A stretch of 64,000 nt of DNA from Amphiscolops sp. MND2022 (taxonomy: Eukaryota), in assembly GCA_964187785.1 (NCBI GenBank), contig OZ076409.1:12526001-12590000 (forward strand), read 5' to 3'. Below are positions 1 through 11,864 of the stretch, one piece after another. How positions within the stretch are numbered: the stretch's first letter is position 1; each line of letters starts with the position of its first letter. The notes beneath the pieces were generated by a model. It worked only from the letters and a program-made list of their open reading frames with translations. It did no database searches and had not been told where the DNA came from. The position numbers and the translations under genes were made by a program.

Positions 1-860
1 ACATTTTGCGGATAACCGGCGGAAAGTATTGCCTACAGCGATAGGACGAAGTCCTCCATCAGGCTTTTTTAGCGCAATTAGTTTCGCACCGAAGAAGTAC
101 GGCCGAAGTTCGAAAGGTACTTTTCCTTCGAGAATTACATTCACAAGATTTGTTAAGGCTTTGAAAAAATTCAGTCCAGTTTGCCCGTTCGACTTGGCAG
201 TCAAATCTTTCAAGATTTTGGGCGAAATGCCATCCAACCTTGCACTAGAGCCATTGGGGAAGGACATGAGAGCCTTGTGGACGAAAAACTCCGAGGTTAA
301 AAAAAATCGATATCTGTGGGGTCCGGAACAGAGCAAGTTTCCCTCTGTGGTATTCCAGCATGGGGGCGCGTAGTTGTCGACCGTGAAATCTGCAAACTTG
401 TCGTCGCCTACTGCCATTCCTATTCCGGTCTTAACGTTACCTTCGTCTAATTTAGTGCAAATGGAACGCAGTCGTCGATCTAACTCGCTTTTCTGTTGCG
501 GTTTTTTGTCGCGTTTCGGTCTCTTCTCAATGACACCATCTCGAAAACGTTTGTTGATAATTGCACTGAGTGACGACCTCTGACGTTTACCTCCTCGGGG
601 TCGTTTTTCCAAAAAACAGCTTAGAGAGGAGAGCAATAAGCACCAAAAGGCAATATTTGACGCGTTTTCACAAATATCATTAATTTTGGGTATCAAGTTT
701 TCAGCTAGAGGGATCCGTGAATTTTTAGGAACTCTTTTCAAGTGAACAAAGCCTGAGTTAAAAAGGGTGTCTGGTCTAAAGTTATCATCGTGACACTGAG
801 GGATTGTGTTCACTAAGGAGGATGCCTCAACTAATTTGTTGTACACATTGTTGTACGAAG
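1..860 (-). mobile_element. CRE-like non-LTR retrotransposon fragment (pre-RT region and RT start), frameshifted, runs off the window start
   Basis: My minus-strand translation gives ...KALMSFPNGSSARLDGISPKILKDL...LTNLVNVILEGKVPFELRPYFFGAKLIALKKPDGGLRPIAVGNTFRRLSAKC. This is the FFGAxLxALxKxxGGxRPIAVGxxxRRL signature of CRE-type RTs. Upstream LKRVPKNSRI...RPRGGKRQ. Confidence 0.8.
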
Positions 861-1285
861 ATCAACCTCAAGGAGGTTCGCTTTAAAAATTTCAAGGTTT
901 TCTGATTTTAGGCGATTGCGCACTGCTCAAGAAGTGCAGAAACTACGGAAAGTTCCAAGAGTTGGCGTCGCTTCACAGAGAACTCTGTAAGGCATGCTGG
1001 GTGCAGACGCCAACGAACATCAAGAGCGATGGCAGAATGTTTGAAAGAACTGAATATGACGAGGATGTGTATCGGACAGTGGTCAAAGTTGCAAACAGTG
1101 CAGTAAAACAGATCAGTGATTACCATAGTGCCCGCAATTGGGATGCTTGAAATTTTTATGATAAATGTATATGCACCATGGTGCCTTCAAGTTTGCAGGA
1201 GAAATGTGTCCCAATTCTGATATGTGTAGTTTCTCCAGAGAAATGATGAATCATTTAAATATGTGAAAGTGCAGAAACTACGAAG

Positions 1286-1807
1286 GGTGACACGAATCGG
1301 GTCGAAAACTTTCGGTCGAATTTCAAGCGATAAGCTGGGGTTGAAATAACGGAATCGAAATAAAATGATCGAATCCTCACATCGAAATGTCAAAACTAGC
1401 GATCCAGGTCGAAACAACTTGGATCGACATATGGCTGGCAACATGAAACCTCCCGATTTGGAACTGATTTAGAGTATAAAGCGTGTCTCGGATATGTCCC
1501 GATTTTCTCTAGTGCCCCGCGGCCCCCTGAGGCCGCCGCTTATGTTCCCATCTTGTAAAACGAGGTCAAACGGAGATCCCGAAGCGATCGTAGTGGGAGC
1601 TGGTCTTTGCTACGGTGATGGCGAGCGTGCATAGACCGTATATGACCACCCCTTTTATTTTCGATTTTTTCCGCAAAATTTTACATATACGGCCTAACTA
1701 TGTCGACCGACAGACCATCCCTCTTCAATTTCGATCTATTTCCTTGTCGACCATTTTCGACCTATAGTATTTCCGACCAAAATTTTTCGATTTGGTGATA
1801 TATCGCC
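1286..1807. mobile_element. Foldback/MULE-like MITE
   Basis: GG...CC termini; arms built from ggtcgaaa/tttcgacc subrepeats; flanking duplication actacgaa(g/t) at 1277-1285 and 1808-1816. The internal core (~1480-1660) is similar to the core of the MITE at 5772. Confidence 0.65.
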
Positions 1808-1984
1808 ACTACGAATTGGCTACGTTTCGAGATTGATTTTTCTTGAAAAACAACGAAACCGGCAACGCTCTGAAGTGTCTGAAGCCCTCAGGGTTGATTG
1901 ACTGACTAATTTGTGGACTTTGCAGCGGAAGGGTCAATATATGATGCGCCGAATTATCAAGAACTGCGGCTCTTGCCGAATTTA

Positions 1985-2106
1985 AATGTTGTAGGTGCTC
2001 TTTAGTGATTACTATTCCTCAGTGTCATGATGATAACTTTAGAATTTATAGCCTTTTAAGTTCAGGCGTTGTTCACTTGAAAAGAGTTCCTAAAAATTCG
2101 CGGATC
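1985..2106 (+). mobile_element. Second, inverted CRE-like fragment cut by the assembly gap
   Basis: About 2000-2106 is a diverged reverse complement of ~710-835; both encode IPQCHDDNFR...VHLKRVPKNSRI. Confidence 0.7.
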
Positions 2107-2306
2107 NNNNNNNNNNNNNNNNNNNNNNNNNNNNNNNNNNNNNNNNNNNNNNNNNNNNNNNNNNNNNNNNNNNNNNNNNNNNNNNNNNNNNNNNNNNNNN
2201 NNNNNNNNNNNNNNNNNNNNNNNNNNNNNNNNNNNNNNNNNNNNNNNNNNNNNNNNNNNNNNNNNNNNNNNNNNNNNNNNNNNNNNNNNNNNNNNNNNNN
2301 NNNNNN
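2107..2306. other. Assembly gap (200 N)
   Basis: Run of exactly 200 N; the sequences on either side belong to different elements. Confidence 0.99.
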
Positions 2307-5300
2307 CATCTGCGAAATTGAATATAGTTCCAACTTCTGTGAGAAAGTCGCTGAGATAGAAAATAAATAAAATCGGGGAAGGTACGCTACCTTGGGGTAA
2401 GCCAACAGGAACATGGAATTTGTCCGTAGCAATGTTGTTAACAACAATGTATGCCTCTCTTTGTTTGAGGAAGGTTTTCAGGATATCGTACAATTTACCG
2501 CAAACTCCTGATTTCCTTAGTTTGAAAAGTAGACCATCGATCCAAATGCTGTCGAACGCTTTTTCCAGATCAATGTTAAACAGGGCCGATGGAAGTTTAG
2601 ACTTTTTGACATCTTCTAAAAGACGGTGCATACAATATAACGAACGTGTTGTGCTGTGTTTGGGCTGAAATCCTTCCTGTTCTTCATCGATAAGACTGCT
2701 ATAGGCAAAGTATGCTCGGAGGCGCTTGTCAATTATTCTCTGAAAGTGTTTTCCGATATGACTGGAAATCGATAACGGTCAATAGCTTGAACAAATGTCA
2801 ACAGATTCTTTATTGGGTTTTCTCAAGAAGCTAAATCTGGAGAGACTCCATAGCCACTCAGCGTTGTTCCAGCATTCGTTGAATAACTCCAAGATAGCTA
2901 GCTTCATTGATGGTCCAAAGTGTCGTAGCATATTTGGGTGGATTATGTCGTTATCAAACGAGTTGCATGGGGGGAGTCCTTGCAGAGCTTTATCCAAATA
3001 ACGATTTGTGAAATTTGCATTAGGAGCTTGCGGTGTAAACTCGTCTGGTGAGGTGAAATTCTCGCAATTTCTAGTTGCATCCTCATCACATAACTCACTC
3101 CCCATATGGTGTGCTTCAAAAAACGTTCTCTTCAATTCTGACACAATCCCGTGTTCTTCGCATATTAGCTGCCGTTGAGATTTTCTGACTGGTCCAATGT
3201 TGTCAGAACCATTACTGTACAGATGCTTGAAACGCTTCCAGAATTCTTTGCCTTTTTATGTCCCAAATCTTCAAGTTAGCATTTCAACCATTCTGAGGCA
3301 TATTCAGATATTAAATTTCGAAACTCGACTTTCGCGATTTTCAAACGATTACCGTTGCTGTAATTCGAGTTTAAACGAAAATGCTTCCTTAGTAACCGTA
3401 GATCTTCACTGGTTTTCTTTAGTTCGTCGTTTCAAAATGGTTTGCTGCGAGGGCTAAGATATTTAGTTGGTTTAAACTTTTCGGTAGATTCTTGAATAAT
3501 TTCCAACATCGCGTTCCAGAGTTCACTGGCAGTGTTAAATTCTATCGAGTTGATCTTGATCTCTATGAATTCTGTCCAGCTTTGCCAGTCGGCTTTGTCT
3601 AACCAGGGTCTTTTAATCGCTGGTTTTGATTTATTGATATATGTCCATTCTGCGAAAACAGGTATGTGTCCCCGATTTGGTGCTCCCGTAAAAAGTTCAA
3701 CATCCGCATCGGTAAAAAGGTTCCATGAGCATCAGCTACTTTCCCGTAGAGAATTATTAGGTGTATAACGCTGTGTCCGTTTGTACAGAGGTAGGTAGGT
3801 TGTCCATTGTTTAAAATCAGGAATTCATCACTAAGTTGCTCTATCAGTAACTTGCCATTCCTGTTTGTGACTGAGTCTCCCCAGGTCTCATGACGTGCGT
3901 TTAGGTCTCCCATGAAGCTAAACCCGTCTAATTGGTGTGTTTCGACACACTCTTCTGCGTCCATTATCATTTTTGTGATTTGTTCTATATACATGAAGTC
4001 ATCTGGGCGAATGTAACATGTGATTACGAGGACTTTATATCCTCCAATTGCTGTTATTAGCCATATGTTATCAAAATCTGTCATTTTGCTGGATATTCGC
4101 GTGTAATTCAAGCTATTGTGAATGAGTATAGCCACTCCTTCTGACTTGTTTTGCCTAATGGCAGATTCCGTTCGGTAGTTCGTGAACGAGTCAATTTTCA
4201 AGTCTTGTTTTGTTTCGTTCAGAGCTACTATTCGGGGTGAACATTGATCAAAGTATTGTATCAGAGCAAGTCTACTGTGGTTACTAACTCCACAGATATT
4301 TAGCTGCATTAATTTAATCTTCTTTCTACTGGTCATGGTTATCGGCTATTTGTTTCTTCAGAGCTAGGGGTAGAGGCATGCTTCGGGAGTTGTAAACTGC
4401 AATGGCTTGTTTTAAATAGATGGTGCATTGAAGAGAATCTGTCCTATGATTGGACTTGCAATTAGCACATTGAGGGTTTTCATCTCTGTTAGGACATTCC
4501 TTGAAAGTATGACGTCCAGAGCAGTACCCACATGATGTCTCTGATTTGCAATTGGCACTAACATGGCTAAACTTTTGGCACTTGAAACACTGAACAAAAT
4601 GTATACCCTGCTCAACAAACGGTTGTGCTCTGTAGAAGATATTGTCCAACAATATCCCGTCAGTTGTTACTTTCTTCTGATCCTGACTCGTTTCAAAGAT
4701 GAGTTTCACGATTCCCAGGACCGTTCCGTCTTTTTTCACAAATCGGGAGGCCTTGACTTAAAAGTTGAAGTTTATGTCGGTTTCAATCTGAGTTTCAGTC
4801 TTGTCAGTAGGCACGTGACGGATTATTATTATATTATTATTGTTATTTTCTCTTGGGTGCTGGCTTTGCGAATAACAGATATTTGTCCCAAGAAATGAGG
4901 TTGCCAATAGTTAAACACTTCATCTGCTTCTTCTACAGTGTGAAACTCCTGGTGTATGTTACCTCTGGCAGTGTTGAATGCAAATACCAGACGTTTGAGA
5001 TGGAATAACTTGGCAATATCCTTTTTGATTTCAATGCTATCCCGGAAGAGGTTTGTCGAGCTCGCAATCAGAATTTTGTTTGATCCCTTTTTGGGAGATC
5101 AACTCCATCAGTCGTTTTGGGTTTATCTGAGAAAGATAGGTTAGTCTTTAGGGCTTCGGAGAAGCTAAGATCTTTTCGTCCAGGTTCTGCAACCACAGGT
5201 TTAAGTTCAAGAAGCTGTTGTTTTATTTCAGAGACCATGTCAGTCTCTGTTTTACGTTCATTAGCTGCTTCAGTTTGAGCATTTTTTATTTCTTCCATGA

Positions 5301-5760
5301 GGTTGAAAAGCATTCTGGGATCTTTAGCTGATGATAGTGACTCACATTAGTTGCAGTACCAATGAACGTTGGTATACTTCGTCAAAACTGGAAGGTCGTT
5401 AGGGTCAATTCCTGCGCACGATCCGTGCCACCTTTCGGCACAACTTTCACAGTAAATTCCATCATTGCATTTTGCAGGGAACTTTTTGCGGCATTTTTTG
5501 CATTTTATATCAGACGTTGATTGAACGTAAGTTCTTTTGGTCGTTGCTCATGGTGCCAGTTGCACTAGTAGCAGACGCAAACGTCCAAACTACTACTAGT
5601 CAAATCACTGAATCCCAATGAACGGCCGGCCACAACAATTAGGCTTTGTAACTAAGAATACTCCAGACAAAAAGGCACACGACACGTGATACCTATGGTC
5701 TGGAAAAGACTATGGGCTTCTTGAAAGCCAATTTAGGTACTGTCTCTTGTCGGTCTTCGG
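2307..5760 (-). mobile_element. Degenerate I/Jockey-group LINE: ORF1 (PHD finger, coiled coil, three CCHC knuckles) and ORF2 (APE endonuclease, RT); 3' part lost in the gap
   Basis: ORF1 pieces: CKNC...CESCAERWHGSC...WYCN (PHD-like) and QCFKCQKFSHVSANC..CGYCSGRH..CANCKSNH (4326-4739). ORF2 3599-4336 has QLNICG, ALNET, GDLNARHETWG, LNNGQPT (APE). 2307-2631 has DLEKAFD, GLPQGS, FAD (RT). Multiple stops and frameshifts. The 5' UTR may extend past the MITE to ~6470. Confidence 0.9.
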
Positions 5761-5771
5761 GCAAACTAGCT

Positions 5772-6313
5772 GGGAAATGGTCATTTCGCCTAATGCCATT
5801 TCGCCTAAAGTCATTTCGCCTAACGTGTTTGGTCACTTCGCCTAATTTTTTAAAGCGAAACGTCTTTTACTTTGGTCACTTCGCCTAATTTTTTTTCAGA
5901 AACGTGAAAAACACATGAAATTGGAAAACAAATAAATCGTTTAAGATCTAAAACTAAAAAGTGATATAAAATAGAAAACGTGCCTCGGATATGTCCCATT
6001 CCTTCTAGTGCCCCGCGACCCCTTGGGGCCGCTTATGTTCCATCTTGCTAAGCGAGGTCGAACAGGAGCAAAGACCTAGCGGGAACGGAGATCGCGAAGC
6101 GATCGTAGTGGGAGCTGGTCTTTGCGACGGTGAGGGCGAGTGTGCATACACCGCATATGCCCCACATTTTGATATTTTCGCTTCAGAAAGCCTTTTTCGA
6201 AACATGATTATTTAGACGTTATTCCCGTTTGGTCATTTCGCCTAATTTTCTTAGGCGAAATGACTCAACTAAATTTTTAGGCGAAATGGCATTAGGCGAA
6301 ATGACCTGCATCC
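5772..6313. mobile_element. Foldback/MULE-like MITE, copy 1
   Basis: Inverted arms of ggtcatttcgcctaa / ttaggcgaaatgacc subrepeats; GG...CC ends; 8-bp duplication aactagct at 5764-5771 and 6314-6321. Confidence 0.85.
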
Positions 6314-7612
6314 AACTAGCTCGTCCACTTTCTGCTTTTTCTAAAATCCCCGACGGGCTAACCAAACAGAAATCTTTGGATAAGAGGCAACCAACACCAA
6401 CAACAGCTGAAGCTATTTAATAAGTTTATCACAACAATTAGGCTTGTGACAAAAATTACAAACGAGCATCTAAGACCAGTTTGTAGAATTCTACAAACTG
6501 GTATTCTACAAATTGGACATAATTCAGATGAAACTGTAAATTTCACATATTTTTGCGGAATACTAATAGATAATGCAGGATATCGAAATTCTGCCACCAT
6601 TATTTTATGCCGCTAGGTGTTTATTTTAGATAGGGGTATTTGGTATGGTCCATCATCGGTGTGGGAAAAATCGGTCCACTTTACAGTTCGAGAATATGTA
6701 TTGATTTATGAGAAAATCTTCATTCATGATGAATAAATCAATATCTAGATTGAAAAGGAATATAAAAACTCTGGACACTACAAAAGTTGAGCATATCGAT
6801 CAGCGACAGAAAAAGCATTGTTGGTTTTTGAAACCCTTTCGTGTATTAGGTATAAAAATCAGAGCTGACAGGTTATTGTGGATAGAAAGTAGACCGTGAA
6901 TCAGTCTCAGAATTTTGTTTGATCCCTTTTTGGGAGATCAACTCCATCAGTCGTTTTGGGTTTATGTGAGAAAGATAGGTTAGTCTTTAGGGCTTCGGAG
7001 AAGCTAAGATCTTTTCGTCCAGGTTCTGCAACCACAGGTTTAAGTTCAAGAAGCTGTTGTTTTATTTCAGAGACCATGTCAGTCTCTGTTTTACGTTCAT
7101 TAGCTGCTTCAGTTTGAGCATTTTTTATTTCTTCCATGAGGTTGAAAAGCATTCTGGGATCTTTAGCTGATGATAGTGACTCACATTAGTTGCAGTACCA
7201 ATGAACGTTGGTATACTTCGTCAAAACTGGAAGGTCGTTAGGGTCAATTCCTGCGCACGATCCGTGCCACCTTTCGGCACAACTTTCACAGTAAATTCCA
7301 TCATTGCATTTTGCAGGGAACTTTTTGCGGCAGTTTTTGCATTTTATATCAGACGTTGATGCTGAACGTAAGTTCTTTTGGTCGTTGCTCATGGTGCCAG
7401 TTGCACTAGTAGCAGACGCAAACGTCCAAACTACTACTAGTCAAATCACTGAATCCCAATGAACGGCCGGCCACAACAATTAGGCTTTGTAACTAAGAAT
7501 ACTCCAGACAAAAAGGCACACGACACGTGATACCTATGGTCTGGAAAAGACTATGGGCTTCTTGAAAGCCAATTTAGGTACTGTCTCTTGTCGGTCTTCG
7601 GGCAAACTAGCT

Positions 7613-8155
7613 GGGAAATGGTCATTTCGCCTAATGCCATTTCGCCTAAAGTCATTTCGCCTAACGTGTTTGGTCACTTCGCCTAATTTTTTTAGGCGAA
7701 ACGTCTTTTACTTTGGTCACTTCGCCTAATTTTTTTTCAGAAACGTGAAAAACACATGAAATTGGAAAACAAATAAATCGTTTAAGATCTAAAACTAAAA
7801 AGTTATATAAAATAGAAAACGTGCCTCGGATATGTCCCATTCCTTCTAGTGCCCCGCGACCCCTAGGGGCCGCTTATGTTCCATCTTGCTAAGCGAGGTC
7901 GAACAGGAGCAAAGACCTAGCGGGAACGGAGATCGCGAAGCGATCGTAGTGGGAGCTGGTCTTTGCGACGGTGAGGGCGAGTGTGCATACACCGCATATG
8001 CCCCACATTTTGATATTTTCGCTTTCAGAAAGCCTTTTTCGAAACATGATTATTTAGACGTTATTCCCGTTTGGTCATTTCGCCTAATTTTCTTAGGCGA
8101 AATGACTCAACTAAATTTTTAGGCGAAATGGCATTAGGCGAAATGACCTGCATCC
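7613..8155. mobile_element. Foldback/MULE-like MITE, copy 2 (part of the tandem duplication)
   Basis: Same arms and same aactagct duplication (7605-7612, 8156-8163). Confidence 0.85.
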
Positions 8156-9356
8156 AACTAGCTCGTCCACTTTCTGCTTTTTCTAAAATCCCCGACGGGC
8201 TACCCAAACAGAAATCTTTGGATAAGAGGCAACCAACACCAACAACAGCTGAAGCTATTTAATAAGTTTATCACAACAATTAGGCTTGTGACAAAAATTA
8301 CAAACGAGCATCTAAGACCAGTTTGTAGAATTCTACAAACTGGTATTCTACAAATTGGACATAATTCAGATGAAACTGTAAATTTCACATAATTTTGCGG
8401 AATACTAATAGATAATGCAGGATATCGAAATTCTGCCACCATTATTTTATGCCGCTAGGTGTTTATTTTAGATAGGGGTATTTGGTATGGTCCATCATCG
8501 GTGTGGGAAAAATCGGTCCTCTTTACAGTTCGAGAATATGTATTGATTTATGAGAAAATCTTCATTCATGATGAATAAATCAATATCTAGATTGAAAAGG
8601 AATATAAAAACTCTGGACACTACAAAAGTTGAGCATATCGATCAGCGACAGAAAAAGCATTGTTGGTTTTTGAAACCCTTTCGTGTATTAGGTATAAAAA
8701 TCAGAGCTGACAGGTTATTGTGGATAGAAAGTAGACCGTGAATCAGTCTCAAATGAGGTTTTGGAGACTCATAATGTATGATTTCGTCATGAATGAATTG
8801 AAATTCAAATGCTGAAATGTAGAGTTGCCAACGTAATTGTGCGAAATTACGACACCATCGCATTTCTTTTCTCCCTGTGAAAAGGTAGATATAAATTTTC
8901 TTGATACTTTGAAACAGTAGAAGTAATAGTTGTTGAGATTGAAATAATCTCCTCCATTAACAAACAGTACAAAGTGTGTTAGTTATCAAAAATTGTGATA
9001 CATGAGCAAATAAAAACCTAAACATAGTTTTTTACTCCTGCCCGATGACATTGATCGTCAACAAATGAAGTGTTTCGAATTTATTGTTCATTGAATCCTA
9101 TTCATTGAATTTATTATTCATTCATTATTCATCGAATAACAACACTTTGATCTTTAAAAGTCAAGTTGCCGAGCTTGATGTTTTCATTCGGAGTTTGTTA
9201 TATGTTTATTAAGACCTATTTTTCAGACGCTCGGAAATTTTCATGCTTTCAGATGATAGACCCAATGTAACGAATGAGGACATTTTCATCGGGTGTTTGG
9301 GTCATTGCGATATTCGATAGACAGCGCAACCAAAACCGGGGTATGTTGAGAAATAG

Positions 9357-10531
9357 ATGAAGAAGGACGATATTGCCTCAAGGACAACACAGGTTGGTTT
9401 TACCCATCCAGCTCCGCCCTTGAATCGGCCCTCTTTCAATTGTGCTACGCCGATGAAACCAATTCAAGAAGAAACATCCAGCATTACTACGCCTGATTGT
9501 TTTGATAATAGAAGTCATAGATCTTCTTTCGGTGATAGATGTAAAAGTGGTACAGAGACTCCCGGAAGATCTGGACCAATAGCTAGTGTGAGCTGTGAAA
9601 GTGATAGCAATGCGGCTTCAACACCGCCGTATGTTAAATGGGCTAACGGATTTGATTCCTTACTTGAAGATCCCGAAGGCCAAAAAGTTTTTCAATCGTA
9701 TCTCAGATCTGAAGACGCCCTGAATAATTTAATGTTCTGGTATGCAGTCAATGGCTTCAAAACTCAAGTTGACAAACGAAAGAAATACAGATTAGCCACT
9801 GTAATTGGAAGAACTTTTCTCAAGAAAAATTCCCCTAATGCCTTGACAGAAATTTCCAGTGAAAACAGAAAGTTGATATTGGATTCAATACGCAAGGATA
9901 ATATTGATGGCTCGACCTTTGATCGTGCTCAGCTTGAAATTGAAACCTTTCTCAAAGAAAAGGCCTATTTTATGTTCCTCAAATCCGATGTATATATAGA
10001 TTATTGTAACAAAATAATACAACAGCAAGAGCAATTGCTGAGAAATTCCGACTCAAAGCAGGGTTCAATAGAAGTGCCTACAGTTAGTTCTAGTCAAATA
10101 TTAGAAGGCAATAGCTCCGTTTCTTCCAACCATGGCACATCAGTGCCTCCACCTGGCTCTACAGCCGTTCCAGCTAATGCATCCGGTAATTTTTCTTCAA
10201 GAGCTCCAGAAACACAACTGCCAGCCAATGATTCAGTTAATGAAATTGGCGAAGATGTTAATACTTGTAAAAATTCAGAGTCTGTTTCATCAACGAGCCA
10301 TGATACAACCTCTGTGCCTTCAACCAAACATTCAATTGCTCAAGCAGGGTCTACAACCAGTCAAGGTAATGCCTCAATTAATGAAGCAGGGTTGGCCACA
10401 GTTCACGAAGACACCGAACTATTATGTAAAGAAATCAATCTAAGGGGAGGTAACAAGGGATTTGAAGCTACCTCAGACACGTTTGCTGCCTCGTCTCCTA
10501 CTTGCAGAAAAAGCAGCTCAGATGCTCTCAA
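9357..10531 (+). CDS. axin: Axin coding exon 1 (N-terminus, RGS domain)
   Basis: STPPYVKWANGFDSLLEDPEGQKVFQSYL...LMFWYAVNGFK...FDRAQLEIE...AYFMFLKSDVYIDY matches the Axin RGS; donor aa|GTTAGT at 10532. Upstream acceptors at ~9226 and ~9252 suggest a spliced 5' UTR. Confidence 0.93.
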
Positions 10532-10666
10532 GTTAGTTGCATTTTCTTTGCCCTGTGGTTTTCATCTCTAAAGTCAGTGGAGAAAACTTGTTTGTTCCTA
10601 CTGATTTGTGTTGATGAAATGTATGCACTCTGATTCTGAACTAAATTTGTCTGATCAGCATTTTAA

Positions 10667-11151
10667 CTCTAAATCGACGATCGTAGGATTTCCTACCAAT
10701 TAGTTTCTGCTAACTTTTGAAGGCGCCAGCTAACCGTATGGTATAGGAACTCTTGAATAGGATTTTCAGACGGTATTACATAACATTGCACCCTTTTTCT
10801 CAAACTATTGACTTGATGTCCCTGAAATCAAGAAAGCGGGACCAAAAAAATTGGAAAAAATGAGTGCAGATTTTCCGTTTCTGGCCACTCCTTCTCAAAG
10901 CGTCCCTAGCATGTTTCGAAACATGCTAAAATGCAATCAGAGACACCAGGAATGCACGGTTTCGGCGCAAAGTTCGGAGCCAGCGGGCTTCCAGCCCAGC
11001 AGTTCAAAAATCAATTTGAAAGTCTTGATTGCCTTTTTTCAAACGCGGTATTAATCGTTTGTCGGACTCGAATAGTTTAGGTGATATTATCGTTTAAAGT
11101 TCAAGCACCAGATTTTTGGATGGTTTGGGAAATCTCCTCGTCCATTCAGGA
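10667..11151. mobile_element. piggyBac-like MITE (old) in Axin intron 1
   Basis: TTAA at 10663-10666 and 11152-11155; imperfect TIR ctctaaatcgacga / tcgtccattcagga; ~270 bp interior similar to the 42997-43510 element. Confidence 0.55.
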
Positions 11152-11217
11152 TTAAATCAACCGAAGGTTTTTTCCGAGTCCCTTCTAATTTAATTTATTG
11201 AGAGTCCTTTATTTTAG

Positions 11218-11391
11218 CTGTTCTGGATGCTCTTATGCTTCGACTAGTGGAGTGAATGAGCGGAAAAGTCACAAGGGTTCCCACATGTACACTAATTTCG
11301 CCCCGGTTGGATCTACAAATGACTCAGAAATTCAGAGTCTGTCATCCGACACCCATACGGATGATTCACTTTCCATCAATGACAGCGTGTT
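11218..11391 (+). CDS. axin: Axin coding exon 2
   Basis: ttttag| acceptor, |GTAAGT donor; FAPVGSTNDSEIQSLSSDTHTDDSLSINDS resembles vertebrate [26 protein letters not shown]. Confidence 0.92.
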
Positions 11392-11864
11392 GTAAGTTTT
11401 GACTTTTTGTTTGATTTTCATTCATGCTACCAAATCAATGCCAATATCGTTTATTTGGCACAAATCTTTCCGGATTTAAGTATCTTTGCGGTAATAAAAA
11501 TATATTCTAGCACTCAAGTCTGCTAATTTCACAAGTCCCAGAGAAATTTGAAGCATTTCAGGTATTTGCATTACGTATGAGAAGAAATTGTGTGAAACTA
11601 AGAAAGTCTCCATCATATTTTTTGAAGTTTCATTTGAACATGCACCATCTGAAGAACAGTGAACTTCGCAAGTATGCAATACTTGCTGTCAATGTCTAGG
11701 CTAACCTCTGAAATGTATGGCTGAATCTGTGTCGGAATTGCATTCAAAATCATTGAATGCGTTTTGAACTAAACTGACGTGAATACCGAGAATTATCTTC
11801 GAAACTACTGAGATTTTCAAGACTGGCGTCCAAAGTTTAAAACATTGTTGTTGCATCTACATTA

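Larger units (their letters stand above)
5068..8748. repeat. Near-identical tandem duplication, ~1.84 kb unit (5068-6906 and 6907-8748)
   Basis: The ORF track repeats (5068-5313/6907-7152, 6229/8071, 6358/8200, 6708/8550) with only a few substitutions and indels; tca microhomology at the junction. Confidence 0.95.

Noticed and set aside
908..1186. Protein-like frame (LHRELCKACWVQTPTN...) after a ttttag
   Set aside because: No recognisable family and no partner exons; cannot tell a host exon from TE debris.
2005..2447. ORFs spanning the X run
   Set aside because: Artifacts of translating through the 200-N gap, which joins two different elements.
5772..5900. catttcgcctaa repeats (and tcatttcacccca at 33730) as CRISPR-like arrays
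   Set aside because: No unique spacers, an inverted counterpart ~500 bp away and TSDs; these are MITE arms in a eukaryote.
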